Assembly: GCA_951406725.2 (NCBI GenBank) | Contig: OX597814.1 | Location: forward strand, 33,790,001 to 33,854,000 | DNA length: 64,000 nucleotides | Direction of reading: 5' to 3' | From: Octopus vulgaris | Taxonomy: Eukaryota | Shown here: piece by piece, positions 1 through 12,302 of the stretch | How the letters are laid out: the number at the start of each line of letters is the position of its first letter | Numbering within the stretch: the stretch's first letter is position 1 | The notes under the pieces: model-generated | What the model saw: the letters and a program-made list of their open reading frames with translations, nothing else | What the model was told of the DNA's origin: nothing | Database searches by the model: none | Program-made: the position numbers and the translations under genes

Positions 1-457
1 TAGAATATTTGAGCTGGATATGGCTGGATTAAATGTTATAGGGTTAATCTCTTTCCTAAAATGTCACATTCACCCTGCTAGTAACCATCTGTTCATTGTT
101 TACAGTTTTTTTTTTTGTTTTAAGCAGATAGGATTAACACCCAACTCCATTAAAAGCAAAGAATTAAAATTATCTGAGTCAGTGATACCTTTATAATACA
201 TTTACTGTGTACAGTAGTCACCTGTATCTTTCTGCAGGCATGCCAACAATGGGGTTTCTATGTGGTTGTTCAACCTACTAAAAATAGCAGTCAAGTCTTC
301 CTTTCACAAATCACATCTTAGCAACATTGTCACAGAATTGGGAATGGTAATTTATTGCAGGTCTCACTTGAGTTATGTTGGTGATTAGTTGTTCAGGAGG
401 ATGTATTTTCTGGCCCTCAAAAGGAACACCAGTTTTTGTGGATGTTATAACTTGGAT

Positions 458-984
458 CAATGGTTCCCAAACTATGAGTCGCGACCCATCTGAGGGTCGC
501 AAGCAGAATCTTAGTGGGTCGCAAAAAGTTTTAAAATTACGCATTAGCTTTAACTGCTGTCTATCGAGATAGTTCAAGACTTGTGTTTTCAATACTAGAC
601 TTGTTGTTTTATCAAGCAGTAGGCTTTTTCATGAACTTAACAAATCAGAGGTTGTCATTTTCTCAAGTTATTTATTTGTAGGTAATCGTAAAAAGGAAAG
701 GTCTGTTTTTACCTATTTATAGAGAACTTTAACTAGGCGAAGTATAACACTGATCAAGCCGATAACAGTTACTACTTCAAGGTTTTGTATTAGTGTTAGT
801 ATTTACATACAGGGTATAGAGACGTTGAAACAGTTATAAAACGTTTTATTTCACATTTAATATAAATAGCAAAAAATTTAAATAAGACATTATGGATTTC
901 ACTAGTAACTCAGAGTTAAGTGGGTCATCATAAACTGGTGTGATAAATAGTGGGTCGCGACTCTAAAAAGTTTGGGAACTAGTG
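458..984. mobile_element. hAT-type MITE (non-autonomous DNA transposon)
   Basis: Imperfect TIRs CAATGGTTCCCAAACT / AGTTTGGGAACTAGTG; perfect 8-bp TSD ACTTGGAT at 450-457 and 985-992. Confidence 0.88.
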
Positions 985-2081
985 ACTTGGATATTACTGA
1001 TAATACCCATAGGAAGATTCTCATATTTCACATTTTGTTTTCAACACTGTTACGAGTTTAATTTGTTTGTTAACCAGGTTTTTTAACAAATTTCACTCAC
1101 TAATATTAATAAGTTAAGCTAACAGAATCATTAACATACTGGGCAAAATGCTTAGTGTTTCATCTGCTTTTAATGTTCTAAGTTCAAATTTTTCCAAGGT
1201 CAGCTTTGCCTTTCATCATTTTCGGGTCAATATGACTAGTTGAGCACTGGGGGTGATGTAATTGACTTACCCACCTTCCCTGAAATTGCTGGCCTTGTGC
1301 CAAAATTTGAAACCAATTCTTTTATTTGTTTCAGTCATTTGGTTGTGCTGGAGCACTGCCTTTAGTTGAACAAATCAACCTCAGGACTATTCTTTGTAAG
1401 CCTAGTATTTATTCTAGCAGTTTTTTGCTGAACCACTAAGTTACATGGGTGTAAACACACCATCAGCTGTCAAGTGATGGCGGACACACACATATATACA
1501 CACACGATGGGCTTCTTTCAGTTTCTGTCTACCAAATCCACTCACAAGGTTTTGGTCAGCCTGAGGCTGTAGTAGACACTTGCCCAGGGTACCACGTAGT
1601 GATACAGGACCATGTGGTTGGTAAGCAAGCTATTTACCATGCAGCCACTCCTGTGTCTATATAAGTATTAGGGATTAAGATATATTTTTTGTTTCCTTTG
1701 AATCAACCATAATCCCACACACTTAATGATCAAAAGTGAAGTAACTTATTCTTTTTTGTATCTGGTTACATTATTTAGTATCCTTCCATTTTTAAGATGG
1801 TTCAGTGTGATTGAAAGAAATTTAGCTGCTATTTGCAAAACACCAAAACTGTTAATCTGCAAATTGCTGTTTTTAGAGCATCAATGAAATTTTGAGCTGA
1901 TTTACAAAATTAGCTTTTCCCCCGATGCAGAAAAGAAATGAATGTTGTCTTATCTATGCAAGTATGGAAAAGTAGCTGTTAAATGTTATTCTCACCATAA
2001 TTTCTGGTCTTGGATTTCTAAAAAAAAAATCATTTTTCTGTTTACTAAAAAAGGTTATTTTATTGTATTTTTATCATGCAG

Positions 2082-2196
2082 AAAATTACTGACGACATAA
2101 AAACGGATTTCTCAGAAACGATCAATGAAATTCAGTATATTTTTATTGAAGGGCAGAAGAAATTGAACAAATTGTTAAATGAAGTTTTACAAGTTG
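2082..2196 (+). CDS. Kinesin-14 (KIFC3-like) gene, first exon visible in the window (coiled-coil-like); the gene start probably lies upstream
   Basis: CAG acceptor and GTGAGT donor; reads KITDDIKTDFSETINEIQ...LNEVLQV; its phase-1 end matches the next exon. Confidence 0.7.
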
Positions 2197-2599
2197 GTGA
2201 GTTCATTGGATTTTTATTTATGAAGCAGAATCATCATCATCATCATCGTTTAACGTCTGCTTTCCATGCTAGCATGGGTTTGACGGTTTGACTGTGGGCT
2301 GGCGAACCAGATGGCTGCACCAGGCTCCAGTTTTGATCTGGCAGAGTTTCTACAGCTGGATGCCCTTCCTAACGCCAACCACCCCGAGAGTGTAGTAGGT
2401 GCTTTTATGTGCCCAGTCAGGTGGCTCTGGCAACGACCTCTCTAATTTTTTTTTGTTTTACATTTATGTGAGCTTGGTTTGTTTAAAGTTTCTGAATTAC
2501 CAGAAACAGCAAGGAAAGCTTAGAGAAACTGATCATATGGGCCATGATAAGGAGTTGTAATAGGAGGGTTTTACTAGATAAGATATAAAGCAGAGACTC

Positions 2600-3005
2600 T
2601 CTCTTTTACTTGTTTCAGTCATTTGACTGTGGCCATGCTGGAGCACCGCCTTTAGTCAAGCAAATTGACCCCAGGATTTATTCTTTGTAAGCCTAGGACT
2701 TATTCTATCTGTCACTTTTGCTGAACTAAGTTACGGGCACGTAAACACACCAGCATCGGTCGTCAAGCAATGTTGGGGGGGGGATAAACACAGACACACA
2801 AACATATACACCCCCACCCCACCCACACACACACATATATATACGACGGGCTTCTTTCAGTTTCTGTCTACCAAATCCACTCACAAGGCTTTGGTCGGCC
2901 CGAGCCTATAGTAGAAGACACTTGCCAAAGGTGCTATGCTGTGGGAATAAACCCGGAACCATGTGGTTGGTAAGCAAGCTACTTACCACACAGCCACTCT
3001 TATGC
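2600..3005 (-). mobile_element. tRNA-derived SINE family A, representative copy. Others at ~1320-1635(-), 9584-12460(+), 22685-23130(-), 24365-24782(-), 25419-25800(+), 30575-30960(-), 49866-50227(-), 60934-61325(+)
   Basis: Recurring head AGGAGTGGCTGTGTGGTAAG...GGTTCAGTCCC (A/B-box-like), central microsatellite slot, tail TGACTGAAACAAGTAAAAGAG. Confidence 0.88.
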
Positions 3006-3442
3006 CTATTAAATTCTTATTAAATTTATTAAATTCTTAGAAAAATCAATTTACCTATTCACAGTAACTGCTCTCCTAGATGAGTCAGGATAAGATTTCA
3101 CTCATCCATTTCAGTTAGGCAGGGTTTTTGTGACTAAATGCCTTTCTAATGCTACCCACTTTTACAAAGTGCACTGGAAGCATTTTATCATGGCACCAGC
3201 ATTAGTGAGGTTGGTTACCTTGTGCCTCGTCAGCATTTAACGTCTGTTTTCCACACTGGCATTCAAATGTAAAACAATATTTGAGATGGATATGACCAGT
3301 TGACACGCTAAAAGATTAGGCTGGCACTTCAATTACAACTTAATGTGCAAGTGGCTGAGTACTCCACAGACATGCATACTCTTAATGTAGTTCTTGGGGT
3401 GATTAAACATGATGTAGAATGTGACAAGGCTGGTTCTTTTAA

Positions 3443-3645
3443 CCCTTTTGATACCAACCCACCTGAAACTGCCCCTAGCTCTGTAGTATAAATGTCTTGT
3501 TTTCAAAAGTTCTGAATTAAAATCTTCCAAATCTTAGTCACAATTTATGTTCCTAAATCTAGCTTAATGACAACTGTTATTTTTTTAAATTCTTTATATT
3601 TAAAATGGAAAGAAACAGCATCTCAACAGAAATATAATAAAAGGG
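3443..3645. mobile_element. piggyBac-type MITE. Related copies at 15227-15435, 28121-28331, 28336-28528, 31440-31678; a second subfamily at 17269-17442
   Basis: TTAA|CCCTTT...AAAGGG|TTAA ends; the terminal sequence is shared with the transposase-bearing element at 34383-36971. Confidence 0.88.
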
Positions 3646-3814
3646 TTAAATACAGGAACTACTCCCTTTTGCCAGCTGAGTGAACTAAAGGTTTAAACCA
3701 AAAACCCAAAACCCTATACAATAATCCCTTACGATATCATAGTTCACCCATCACAGTTTAAGTTGACATAGATTTCTGTGTGGTGTTTTGGATTTATGAG
3801 ATATATATATATAA

Positions 3815-4500
3815 AGTGAATGCGCCCTTTTAAAGCCTAGCCAGGCTCATGGGCCCAGTTTCCCGGTTTTAATGGCATATGTGTTCCCCAGCTGGACAGG
3901 ACGCCAGTCCATCACAGCGTAACTCATTTTTGCGAGCTGAGAGGACTGGAGCAACGTGAAATGAAGTGATTTGCTCATGAACACAATGTATCGCCTGGTC
4001 CAGGAATCGAAACCACAATCTTTCGATCATGGTGCTGACACCCGAACCACTAAGCCACGTGCTTCCACTTTAAAAAGTCCCTTCTCGAATGTTCCCGGTT
4101 TCAGTGGTGTAGAAATTCCCCACCTGGACGGGACGCCAGTCTGTCGAAGGATTACTCATTTTTGCCAGCTGAGTGGACTGGAGCAACGGGAAAATGAAGT
4201 GTTTTGCTCAAGAACACAATGCATCGCCCAATCCAGGAATCAAAACCACAACCTTACGATCAGGAGTTCAACACCCTAACCCAGTGGTTTTCAACCAGGG
4301 TTCCGCCAGTACAGTCCAGGGGTTCTGCAAGAAGTTACAAAACTGCTAAAATCGGCAGTAATTTGTACTTCTCCTGTGCAGATATGTGTGCATAAAACTA
4401 TTAAATTATTGCACAGGGGTTCCTCGAGCCAGTGGAATGTTTCCTTGGGGTTCCGTTCCAACAAAAAGTTTGAAAAGCACTGCCCTAACCATTAAGTCAC
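3815..4500 (-). mobile_element. Two adjacent copies of a third SINE family; the second is interrupted by a hAT MITE
   Basis: Repeated core GCTGAGTGGACTGGAGCAACG..AAATGAAG..GGAATC(G/A)AAACC..ACCA(C/T)TAAG(C/T)CACG, with a tRNA-like head on the minus strand. Confidence 0.7.
4282..4482. mobile_element. hAT-type MITE
   Basis: CAGTGGTTTTCAA...TTGAAAAGCACTG ends; perfect 8-bp TSD CCCTAACC at 4274-4281 and 4483-4490. Confidence 0.88.
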
Positions 4501-4502
4501 GT

Positions 4503-4551
<49 letters not shown>

Positions 4552-4694
4552 TTCTACTTCACGAATTTTCACCAATCACAGGGAAATTTGGAACGTAATA
4601 TCCATGATAGTCGAGGGATTGCTGTATTCTGAAAAATATATTTAAAAACCATAGACGAAGTTATTACTGAATATTTGACCTTTTTGTTTCTTAG

Positions 4695-4801
4695 ATGATC
4701 AAGGGACACCAAACTCTGCTACTCAAACTTCTGATAAACCACTGAATGGTGATGCAAATATGCAGTACTCCCCTGTACAGTCAGATCTAAAGACTACTGA
4801 G
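4695..4801 (+). CDS. Kinesin-14 (KIFC3-like) exon
   Basis: Polypyrimidine tract with TAG acceptor, GTATGA donor; open frame (D)DQGTPNSATQ...LKTTE; phases 1->0 fit its neighbours. Confidence 0.7.
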
Positions 4802-5159
4802 GTATGATATTTAATCAAAGGTTTTCTCTCCTTTTTTTCTAATATTTTGAGTAAATTAGTATCTTATCTTGTTTCAATAATTAGGCTGTGGCCGTGTTGG
4901 GGCACCACTGTGAAGGAATTAGTTGAACAGATTGACCCCAGTACTTATCTAATCCTGTTGTTTATTGTCGCTTTCGCTGAGCTGCTAAGTTATTGGGATG
5001 TAAACAAACTAACACCGTTCATCAAGCAGTGTTGGGGGACATGCACAAAGATCTACACTCAGGGGAGAATTAGTAGGCCAGAGATTGGGGCTGGTGATGT
5101 AGAAAATTTCCAACAGCCACCTGATTCTTTCCAGAGATATGACAAGGAGCTGAATACTT

Positions 5160-5381
5160 ATTTCTTTACTACCCACAAGGGGCTAAACACAGAGGATAAA
5201 CAAGGACAAACAAATGGATTAAGTCGATTATATCGACCCCAGTAACTGGTACTTATTTAATCGAACCCGAAAGGATGAAAAGCAAAGTCGACCTCGGTGG
5301 AATTTGAACTCAGAACGTAACGGCAGATGAAATACCGCAAAGCATTTCGCCTGGCGTGCTAACGTTTCTGCCAGCTCGTCG
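5160..5381 (-). mobile_element. SINE family B, representative copy. Others at ~13320-13545(-), 18135-18364(+), 39205-39635, 41533-41748(-), 45594-45825(-), 56339-56470(-), 62372-62600(-)
   Basis: Recurring GGCGAGCTGGCAGAAACGTTAGCAC...GAGTTCAAATTCC...GCCTTTCATCCTTTCGGGGTCGAT...TAAAGAAATA. Confidence 0.85.
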
Positions 5382-5727
5382 AAGGAACTGAATACTGCTG
5401 CCACACATATGGCCTTCCAGTAGCAATCTTCTTCAGCCAAAGTTTGCCCAGTCTGCAGCACCTTTACATAGCTGTCTGAATTGAGCCTAAAACCCTGTTC
5501 AAAGATATGTGGATACAGCCAGAACACCTTCTGTGTCTCTTCCTGCTGGCCACAACTTCATAGTCTCCATAGCAACTGAAATGTCATGTCTTAATCTTGG
5601 CAATTCTCACAGAGAATTGAGCAGTCATGTTATCAGTGTTTTGATACCCAACACAAGCAAGCATGATACAGGTAGCCCTTTTCCAATGTTCTAATGGCTT
5701 CTAGTCTTTCATGTCAGCAACATTTTT

Positions 5728-6142
5728 GGATCTTTTCGGTTTGACCGGCAGTTTTTTAAAATAATTCCCACGTAACTAAACACTTTTAAACTTCGTATAC
5801 TGGTAGAATGTGTTTATAAAACATCTTTTTCTCTTGGCTTTATTGAGAAAATTCTATAGTTTGTATGATATTTGTTGTTTTTTTCTTCAATTTCTGCAAT
5901 TTCAACCAATCAATGACGTCTATTGAGGTGAAAACATTCTGTGCCGTATGAATATGTCCCTCGTTTAAGAAACAGATTGGGTTTGTTTACATTTCTGAAG
6001 AAAAAATGTACCCTTCCCCCCAACCCTAACCCTAACCATAAAACAGATTGAAATGCAATAGATCGATACTAGGGTCATAATTATGGGTGACAATTTCTTA
6101 TGACACCGCTAGTAAAAGCTGCCGGTCAAACCGAAAAGATCC
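5728..6142. mobile_element. MITE with 24-bp perfect TIRs (GG...CC ends, possibly Merlin-type)
   Basis: GGATCTTTTCGGTTTGACCGGCAG (5728-5751) and its reverse complement (6119-6142), flanked by a CATTTTT duplication. Confidence 0.82.
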
Positions 6143-6358
6143 CATTTTTTTCTCAACTAAGACTTCAATTTTTATGCTCTCCAATGCTATTGACTATTCA
6201 TCAATACAGCAAGCTGTTTCTCAAAAGAAGCATAAAAAGAAAATCATCACATTTAGCTCAAACACTCTCTATTGCATGGATTCGAATGAAAAAAAAAATG
6301 GAAGAAATGACTTACTTATAGGCGTAGGAGTAGCTGTGTGGTAAGTAGCTTCCTTACG

Positions 6359-8376
6359 CTTGTCGTAGACGGACGTCTTTTTTTGCGGCTGCTTGATGTC
6401 ACATCTTTCATCGTGAAATATTGAACTTTGAGGCTCAACTACAGGTAGGTGTTTGTTGTATTTTTTTGAGGGCTTAGTGGAGTTTGTTGCCCTGCATTGA
6501 ATATTTTTTGGTGAGCAACAGTCTCCACTCTGCTCCAGACATTTGCCTGCCTGTGGTCATACATAAAGGCTCACTTTGCAGTGAGAATTGTATTTTTTGA
6601 GGAGTTGTAGCCCCTCCGCAAAAATTAATTTGTTTACGAAAATTGTCTTCATGTCTATGAATTTTCTCTGGATTACCAAGGAGTACCAAGGCAGGAAGGG
6701 CTATTTTTTCAGCTGGAGTACCTGTATCAGAGTTGTGGAATTGTGTTGCCGTTGATTGAACTGTCTTCCTTCGTTCTTTTTTCTGCTCTGTCTTTCCATT
6801 CTTTTTTTGTGTTTATTACTGAACTTTTATTTAGAACATTTGAACTTTTGTTGAACTCTTTTTTGTTTCTTTGTGGTTTTAAATCATGGCAACAAAGAAA
6901 ACCACTGTGCTGGAGTGGGAAATTGTGCCCCCCATGCAGTGGATAGAGGACCAAAATGAGAGAATGGTGGTGTTGAGGACATACTCCAAGTCACTCGACA
7001 CCATCACTATGTTCTCTCAGGACAAAATTGAAAAAGAGTTGGCAGAATACCTACCAACTATCAAGTATATTGCAAGGGGTGTCAAATTTGCAACAGAGTG
7101 GTTACTGTTTGACACCCCTAAAGAGGCTAGCTTGTTTGCTCGTCAGCCCCTGGAAGGGGAAAAAATTTTGTTTCTCCCCACATTTTGTGGAAGGAAATTG
7201 ACAAGAGCCTGGGTGAGTGGCCTGCCACCCGGAATAGAGCCTGAGTGGATAGAGGATACCATCCGCTGGGGTCTGGGTGGCAGCGGAGCCAGGCTCTTGA
7301 ATGTTAGAATGCTCCCTGTGGCTGATTGGGTGGGGTCGAAAGCAATTTTGACCCTATGGACCCAATCAGCAAAAGATCTGGTCTTTCCAGATTTTCTAAA
7401 GATGGCCGGTTCTAGGTTTCCGATGACTCTTGAAGGACGCCCCCCCCCCACCAAGTGTAACCTGTGCCTGGAATTGGGTCACATTAAGAGGAAGTGCCCC
7501 AACAACCATGCAAGGGCACTGGAAAAATTAATAGAGGAGGATGTTTTTCCTCCAACAGAGCCTCCTGAGCATATAAAGGAGGGAGGTGTAGAAAAAGTTG
7601 AGGAGGAGGTAACCCCCTCGAAAGGAAAAAAAAGGTGGACAACAATGGTTGCCAACCAATGGATCTTATGGTGGCAGGAGGGACATACGGACAAACCGGA
7701 GGAACCTCACTCTCCTGACACGAAAAAAGGGGGGAAAAAGAAAAGAAAGAAAAACGGGCATCGCGGCGGTTGCTGGTGCACCGGCGGCATGTTCCGAAAC
7801 CCCTTCGGTGGAACGTGAGCCACCGGAGTTGGGGAAGAAGGCCCCTCCCAGTGGAAATGTTGAAGAACATGTCATCTTCTATCTCAGAGGAGGAGCGATA
7901 GAGAACTGTATAGAAAGTTCCTTTGATAGTCGGGACCTAATAGACTCGACTTGCATTCCAGGGTGACCTCCGCAGGTGGCTGCTCAGATTCTGGAAGAAA
8001 GGAACCTTTATCACATAATGGACTCAAAGGAAGAGTATAGATCATGTGTGAAGGACCCTAACTTGCAGTTGCTGGAATGCCTGCAGGAGGCAAAAAAGTT
8101 TATTAAAGACTCATTGATGTAATTGTTTTTAATTGTAAAGGACATTTTAGTCCATAAAAGTGTAACAATATTGTAAGAGGTTTGATACCACAGTATTTTT
8201 TTTTTACAAAAAAAAACAAAAAAACAATGTTTTAGAAAAGCAAGTCGGCGGGTGCTTTTTGTCTTCTCCCATCCTTATCATCCTTGTATCATTATCATTC
8301 ACCTCATTAATGTCCTTGTCCAGCCTGCAAGCTACCATACTCTATGTAATGCCTTTATGGCAAATTCGATAAAATA
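6359..8376 (+). mobile_element. ORF1-only non-LTR retroposon (L1/Tx1-type ORF1, HAL1-like), ~2.0 kb, inserted in a SINE head
   Basis: 16-bp TSD AAGTAGCTT(C/G)CTTACG at 6343-6358 and 8377-8392; single gag-like ORF; A-rich 3' end; no recognisable RT or endonuclease. Confidence 0.75.
6886..8122 (+). pseudogene. Gag-like ORF1 with CCHC zinc knuckle, disrupted by a probable frameshift (~7620-7650) and a stop (7964-7966)
   Basis: CNLCLELGHIKRKC = CX2CX4HX4C in ORF 6886-7818. The alternative frame 7649-7966 continues open past the TGA to a TAA at 8120-8122. Confidence 0.75.
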
Positions 8377-8916
8377 AAGTAGCTTGCTTACGAACTACAT
8401 GTTTCTGGGTTCAGTCCCACTGCATGGCACCTTGGGCAAGTGTCTTCTACTATAGCCTTGGGCCAACCAAAGCCTTGAGTGGATTTGGTAGACTGAAACT
8501 GAAAGAAGCCCGTCATGTGTGTGTGTGTGTGTGTTTGAATCCCTCCCGCAACATTGCTTGACAACCAATGCTGGTGTGTTTATGTCCCTGCAACTTAGCA
8601 GTTTGGCAAAAGAGACTGATAGAATAAGCTCCAGGCTTATTACAAAGAATAAGTCCTGGGGGTCGATATGCTCGACTAAAGGCGGTGCTCCCGCATGGCC
8701 ACAATCAAATGACTGAAACAAGTAAAAAAGTTACTATGTCTCTATGTATTACTTGTTTATTCATTTGAAGCTGACAATTCAAGTTGTCACCAAGTTTATT
8801 TCTGTTTTTATCTGTTTTTATCTGTTTTTATTCCTGTTTTCATGTTTTTTTATTTGTTTTTCATTTCTGTTTTTTATTTATTTATTTTTTTTTTGCTCTT
8901 TTTAAATTCCAAACAG

Positions 8917-9429
8917 GTGGCTAACACAGAATCTGAAGGAGATAACTCACCAATTTTAACAAGTCTAGATGCTACTTTTCAAATTTTACCCGAGTATGAA
9001 GATAAAATTTGTCAGACAGAGTTAACATATGAGAGATGTCGTTGTCTTGCTGTATCTGGATATAAGGACAAAGTTTGTCAAACAGAGCCAGAATTTCAGA
9101 ACTGTTTTAATGACCTCTCTGCACGTAACACAGCCAATGCATACTACCAAATTTGTTTAAATTCTGAAACTTCTCCCAGGACTTCTTCTGAAGGAGATTT
9201 AGAAAGTCCTCGAACAGAAACAAATCATGGAATGCTACCTCATTGCATTTTGGAAAGCAATTTAAATTCTGTCCAGTCTTCACTGACTTGTACCAATGAG
9301 AATGCCTGTTCTGGAAGCAGGAAACTTCCACCGGAATTATTTTCAAGGTTTTTGAATCACTTAGAAGATTATCTTGCATCTTTTTGCACTGAACAATTTC
9401 TACAAACATGGGATGGAATGGAACAACAG
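8917..9429 (+). CDS. Kinesin-14 (KIFC3-like) large stalk/tail exon, 171 codons
   Basis: CAG acceptor, 513-bp open frame VANTESEG...WDGMEQQ, GTAAGG donor, phase 0->0. Confidence 0.8.
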
Positions 9430-9744
9430 GTAAGGCTACTTTATAAATTTATTTTCACTTTATATTAACAGCAGTGAGTACCATACTGGAGCAGGTCCAC
9501 ACTTGGCAAAGTAGCCTTCAGTCTAAGCTCATTTTCTGAGTCTTTCCACATTGATTGATCAGATTTTTGAAATTAAATCTTTGTAGGAGTGGCTGTGTGG
9601 TAAGTAGCTTGCTTACCAACCACATGGTTCCGGGTTCAGTACCACTGCGTGGCACCTTGGGCAAGTGTCTTCTACTACATCCTCAGGCCAACCAAAGCCT
9701 TGTGAGTGGATTTGGTAGACAGAAACTGAAAGAAGCCCGTTGAA

Positions 9745-9783
9745 GATATATATATATATTTAGATATATATATATAGATATAT

Positions 9784-9868
<85 letters not shown>

Positions 9869-10891
9869 TAGATAGATAGATATATGGATATAGATAGATA
9901 GATATATATGGATATAGATAGATAGATATATATATGGATATAGATAGATAGATATATATATGGATATAGATAGATAGATATATATATGGATATAGATAGA
10001 TAGATATATATATGGATATAGATAGATAGATATATATAATATATATAATATATATATGATAGATAGATATATATATGGATATAGATAGATAGATATATAT
10101 ATGGATATAGATAGATAGATATATATATGGATATAGATAGATAGATATATATATGGATATAGATAGATAGATATATATATGGATATAGATAGATAGATAT
10201 ATATATGGATATAGATAGATAGATATATATATATATATAGATAGATAGATATATATATGATATAGATAGATAGATATATATATGGATATAGATAGATAGA
10301 TATATATATGGATATAGATAGATAGATATATATATGGATATAGATAGATAGATATATATATGGATATAGATAGATAGATAGATATATATATGGATATAGA
10401 TAGATAGATAGATATATATATGGATATAGATAGATATATATATGGATATAGATAGATATATATATGGATATAGATAGATATATATATGGATATAGATAGA
10501 TATATGGATATAGATAGATAGATAGATATATATATGGATATAGATAGATAGATAGATATATATATGGATATAGATAGATAGATAGATATATATATGGATA
10601 TAGATAGATAGATAGATATATATGGATATAGATAGATAGATAGATAGATAGATATATATGGATATAGATAGATAGATATATATATATATAGATAGATAGA
10701 TATATATATGGATATAGATAGATAGATAGATAGATATAGATAGATATATATATATGGATATAGATAGATAGATATATATATATGGATATAGATAGATAGA
10801 TATATATATATATATAGATAGATAGATATATATATATATAGATAGATAGATAGATATATATATATATATAGATAGATAGATATATATATAT

Positions 10892-10922
<31 letters not shown>

Positions 10923-10923
10923 T

Positions 10924-10964
<41 letters not shown>

Positions 10965-11236
10965 TATATATATAATAGATAGATAGATAGATAGATAGAT
11001 ATATAGATATATATAGATATAGATAGATAGATATAGATAGATAGATAGATATATATGGATATAGATAGATAGATAGATATATATGGATATAGATAGATAG
11101 ATAGATATATATGGATATAGATAGATAGATAGATAGATATATATGGATATAGATAGATAGATATATATGGATATAGATAGATAGATAGATAGATATATAT
11201 ATATATATAGATAGATAGATAGATATATATATGGAT

Positions 11237-11267
<31 letters not shown>

Positions 11268-11870
11268 TATATATATGGATATAGATAGATATATATATAT
11301 GGATATAGATAGATAGATATATATATGGATATAGATAGATAGATAGATAGATATAGATATATATGGATATAGATAGATAGATAGATAGATATATATGGAT
11401 ATAGATAGATAGATAGATAGATATAGATATATATGGATATAGATAGATAGATAGATAGATAGATATAGATAGATAGATAGATAGATATAGATAGATATAT
11501 ATATATGGATATAGATAGATAGATATATATATATGGATATAGATAGATAGATAGATATATATATATGGATATAGATAGATAGATATATATATATGGATAT
11601 AGATAGATAGATATATATATATGGATATAGATAGATAGATAGATATATATATATGGATATAGATAGATAGATAGATATATATATATGGATATAGATAGAT
11701 AGATAGATATATATATATGGATATAGATAGATAGATAGATATATATATATGGATATAGATAGATAGATAGATATATATATATGGATATAGATAGATAGAT
11801 AGATATATATATATGGATATAGATAGATAGATAGATAGATATATGGATATAGATAGATAGATAGATAGAT

Positions 11871-11901
<31 letters not shown>

Positions 11902-11902
11902 T

Positions 11903-11933
<31 letters not shown>

Positions 11934-12302
11934 TATATGGATAGATAGATAGATAGATAGATATATATGGAGATAGATAGATAGATAGATAGATATATAT
12001 ATGGATATAGATAGATAGATATATATGGAGATAGATAGATAGATAGATAGATATATATGGATATAGATAGATAGATAGATAGATAGATATATATGGATAT
12101 AGATAGATAGATAGATAGATAGATATATATGGATATAGATAGATAGATAGATATAGATATATATGGATATAGATAGATAGATAGATAGATATAGATATAT
12201 ATGGATATAGATAGATAGATAGATATAGATATATATGGATATAGATAGATAGATAGATAGATAGATATATATGGAGATAGATAGATATATATATATAGAT
12301 AT
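9745..12302. repeat. 2.55-kb compound (TA)n/(TAGA)n/TGGA microsatellite inside a SINE
   Basis: Read directly; the SINE head precedes it (9584-9740) and the SINE tail follows (12302-12460). Confidence 0.97.

Noticed and set aside
6021-6040. CCCTAA repeats as an interstitial telomere
   Set aside because: Only 2-3 units, internal to a MITE.
8395-8721. Many short ORFs with DCGHAGAPP / RRHLPK / LQLDALPNANH peptides
   Set aside because: Translations of SINE and LINE-UTR consensus sequence repeated across the window.
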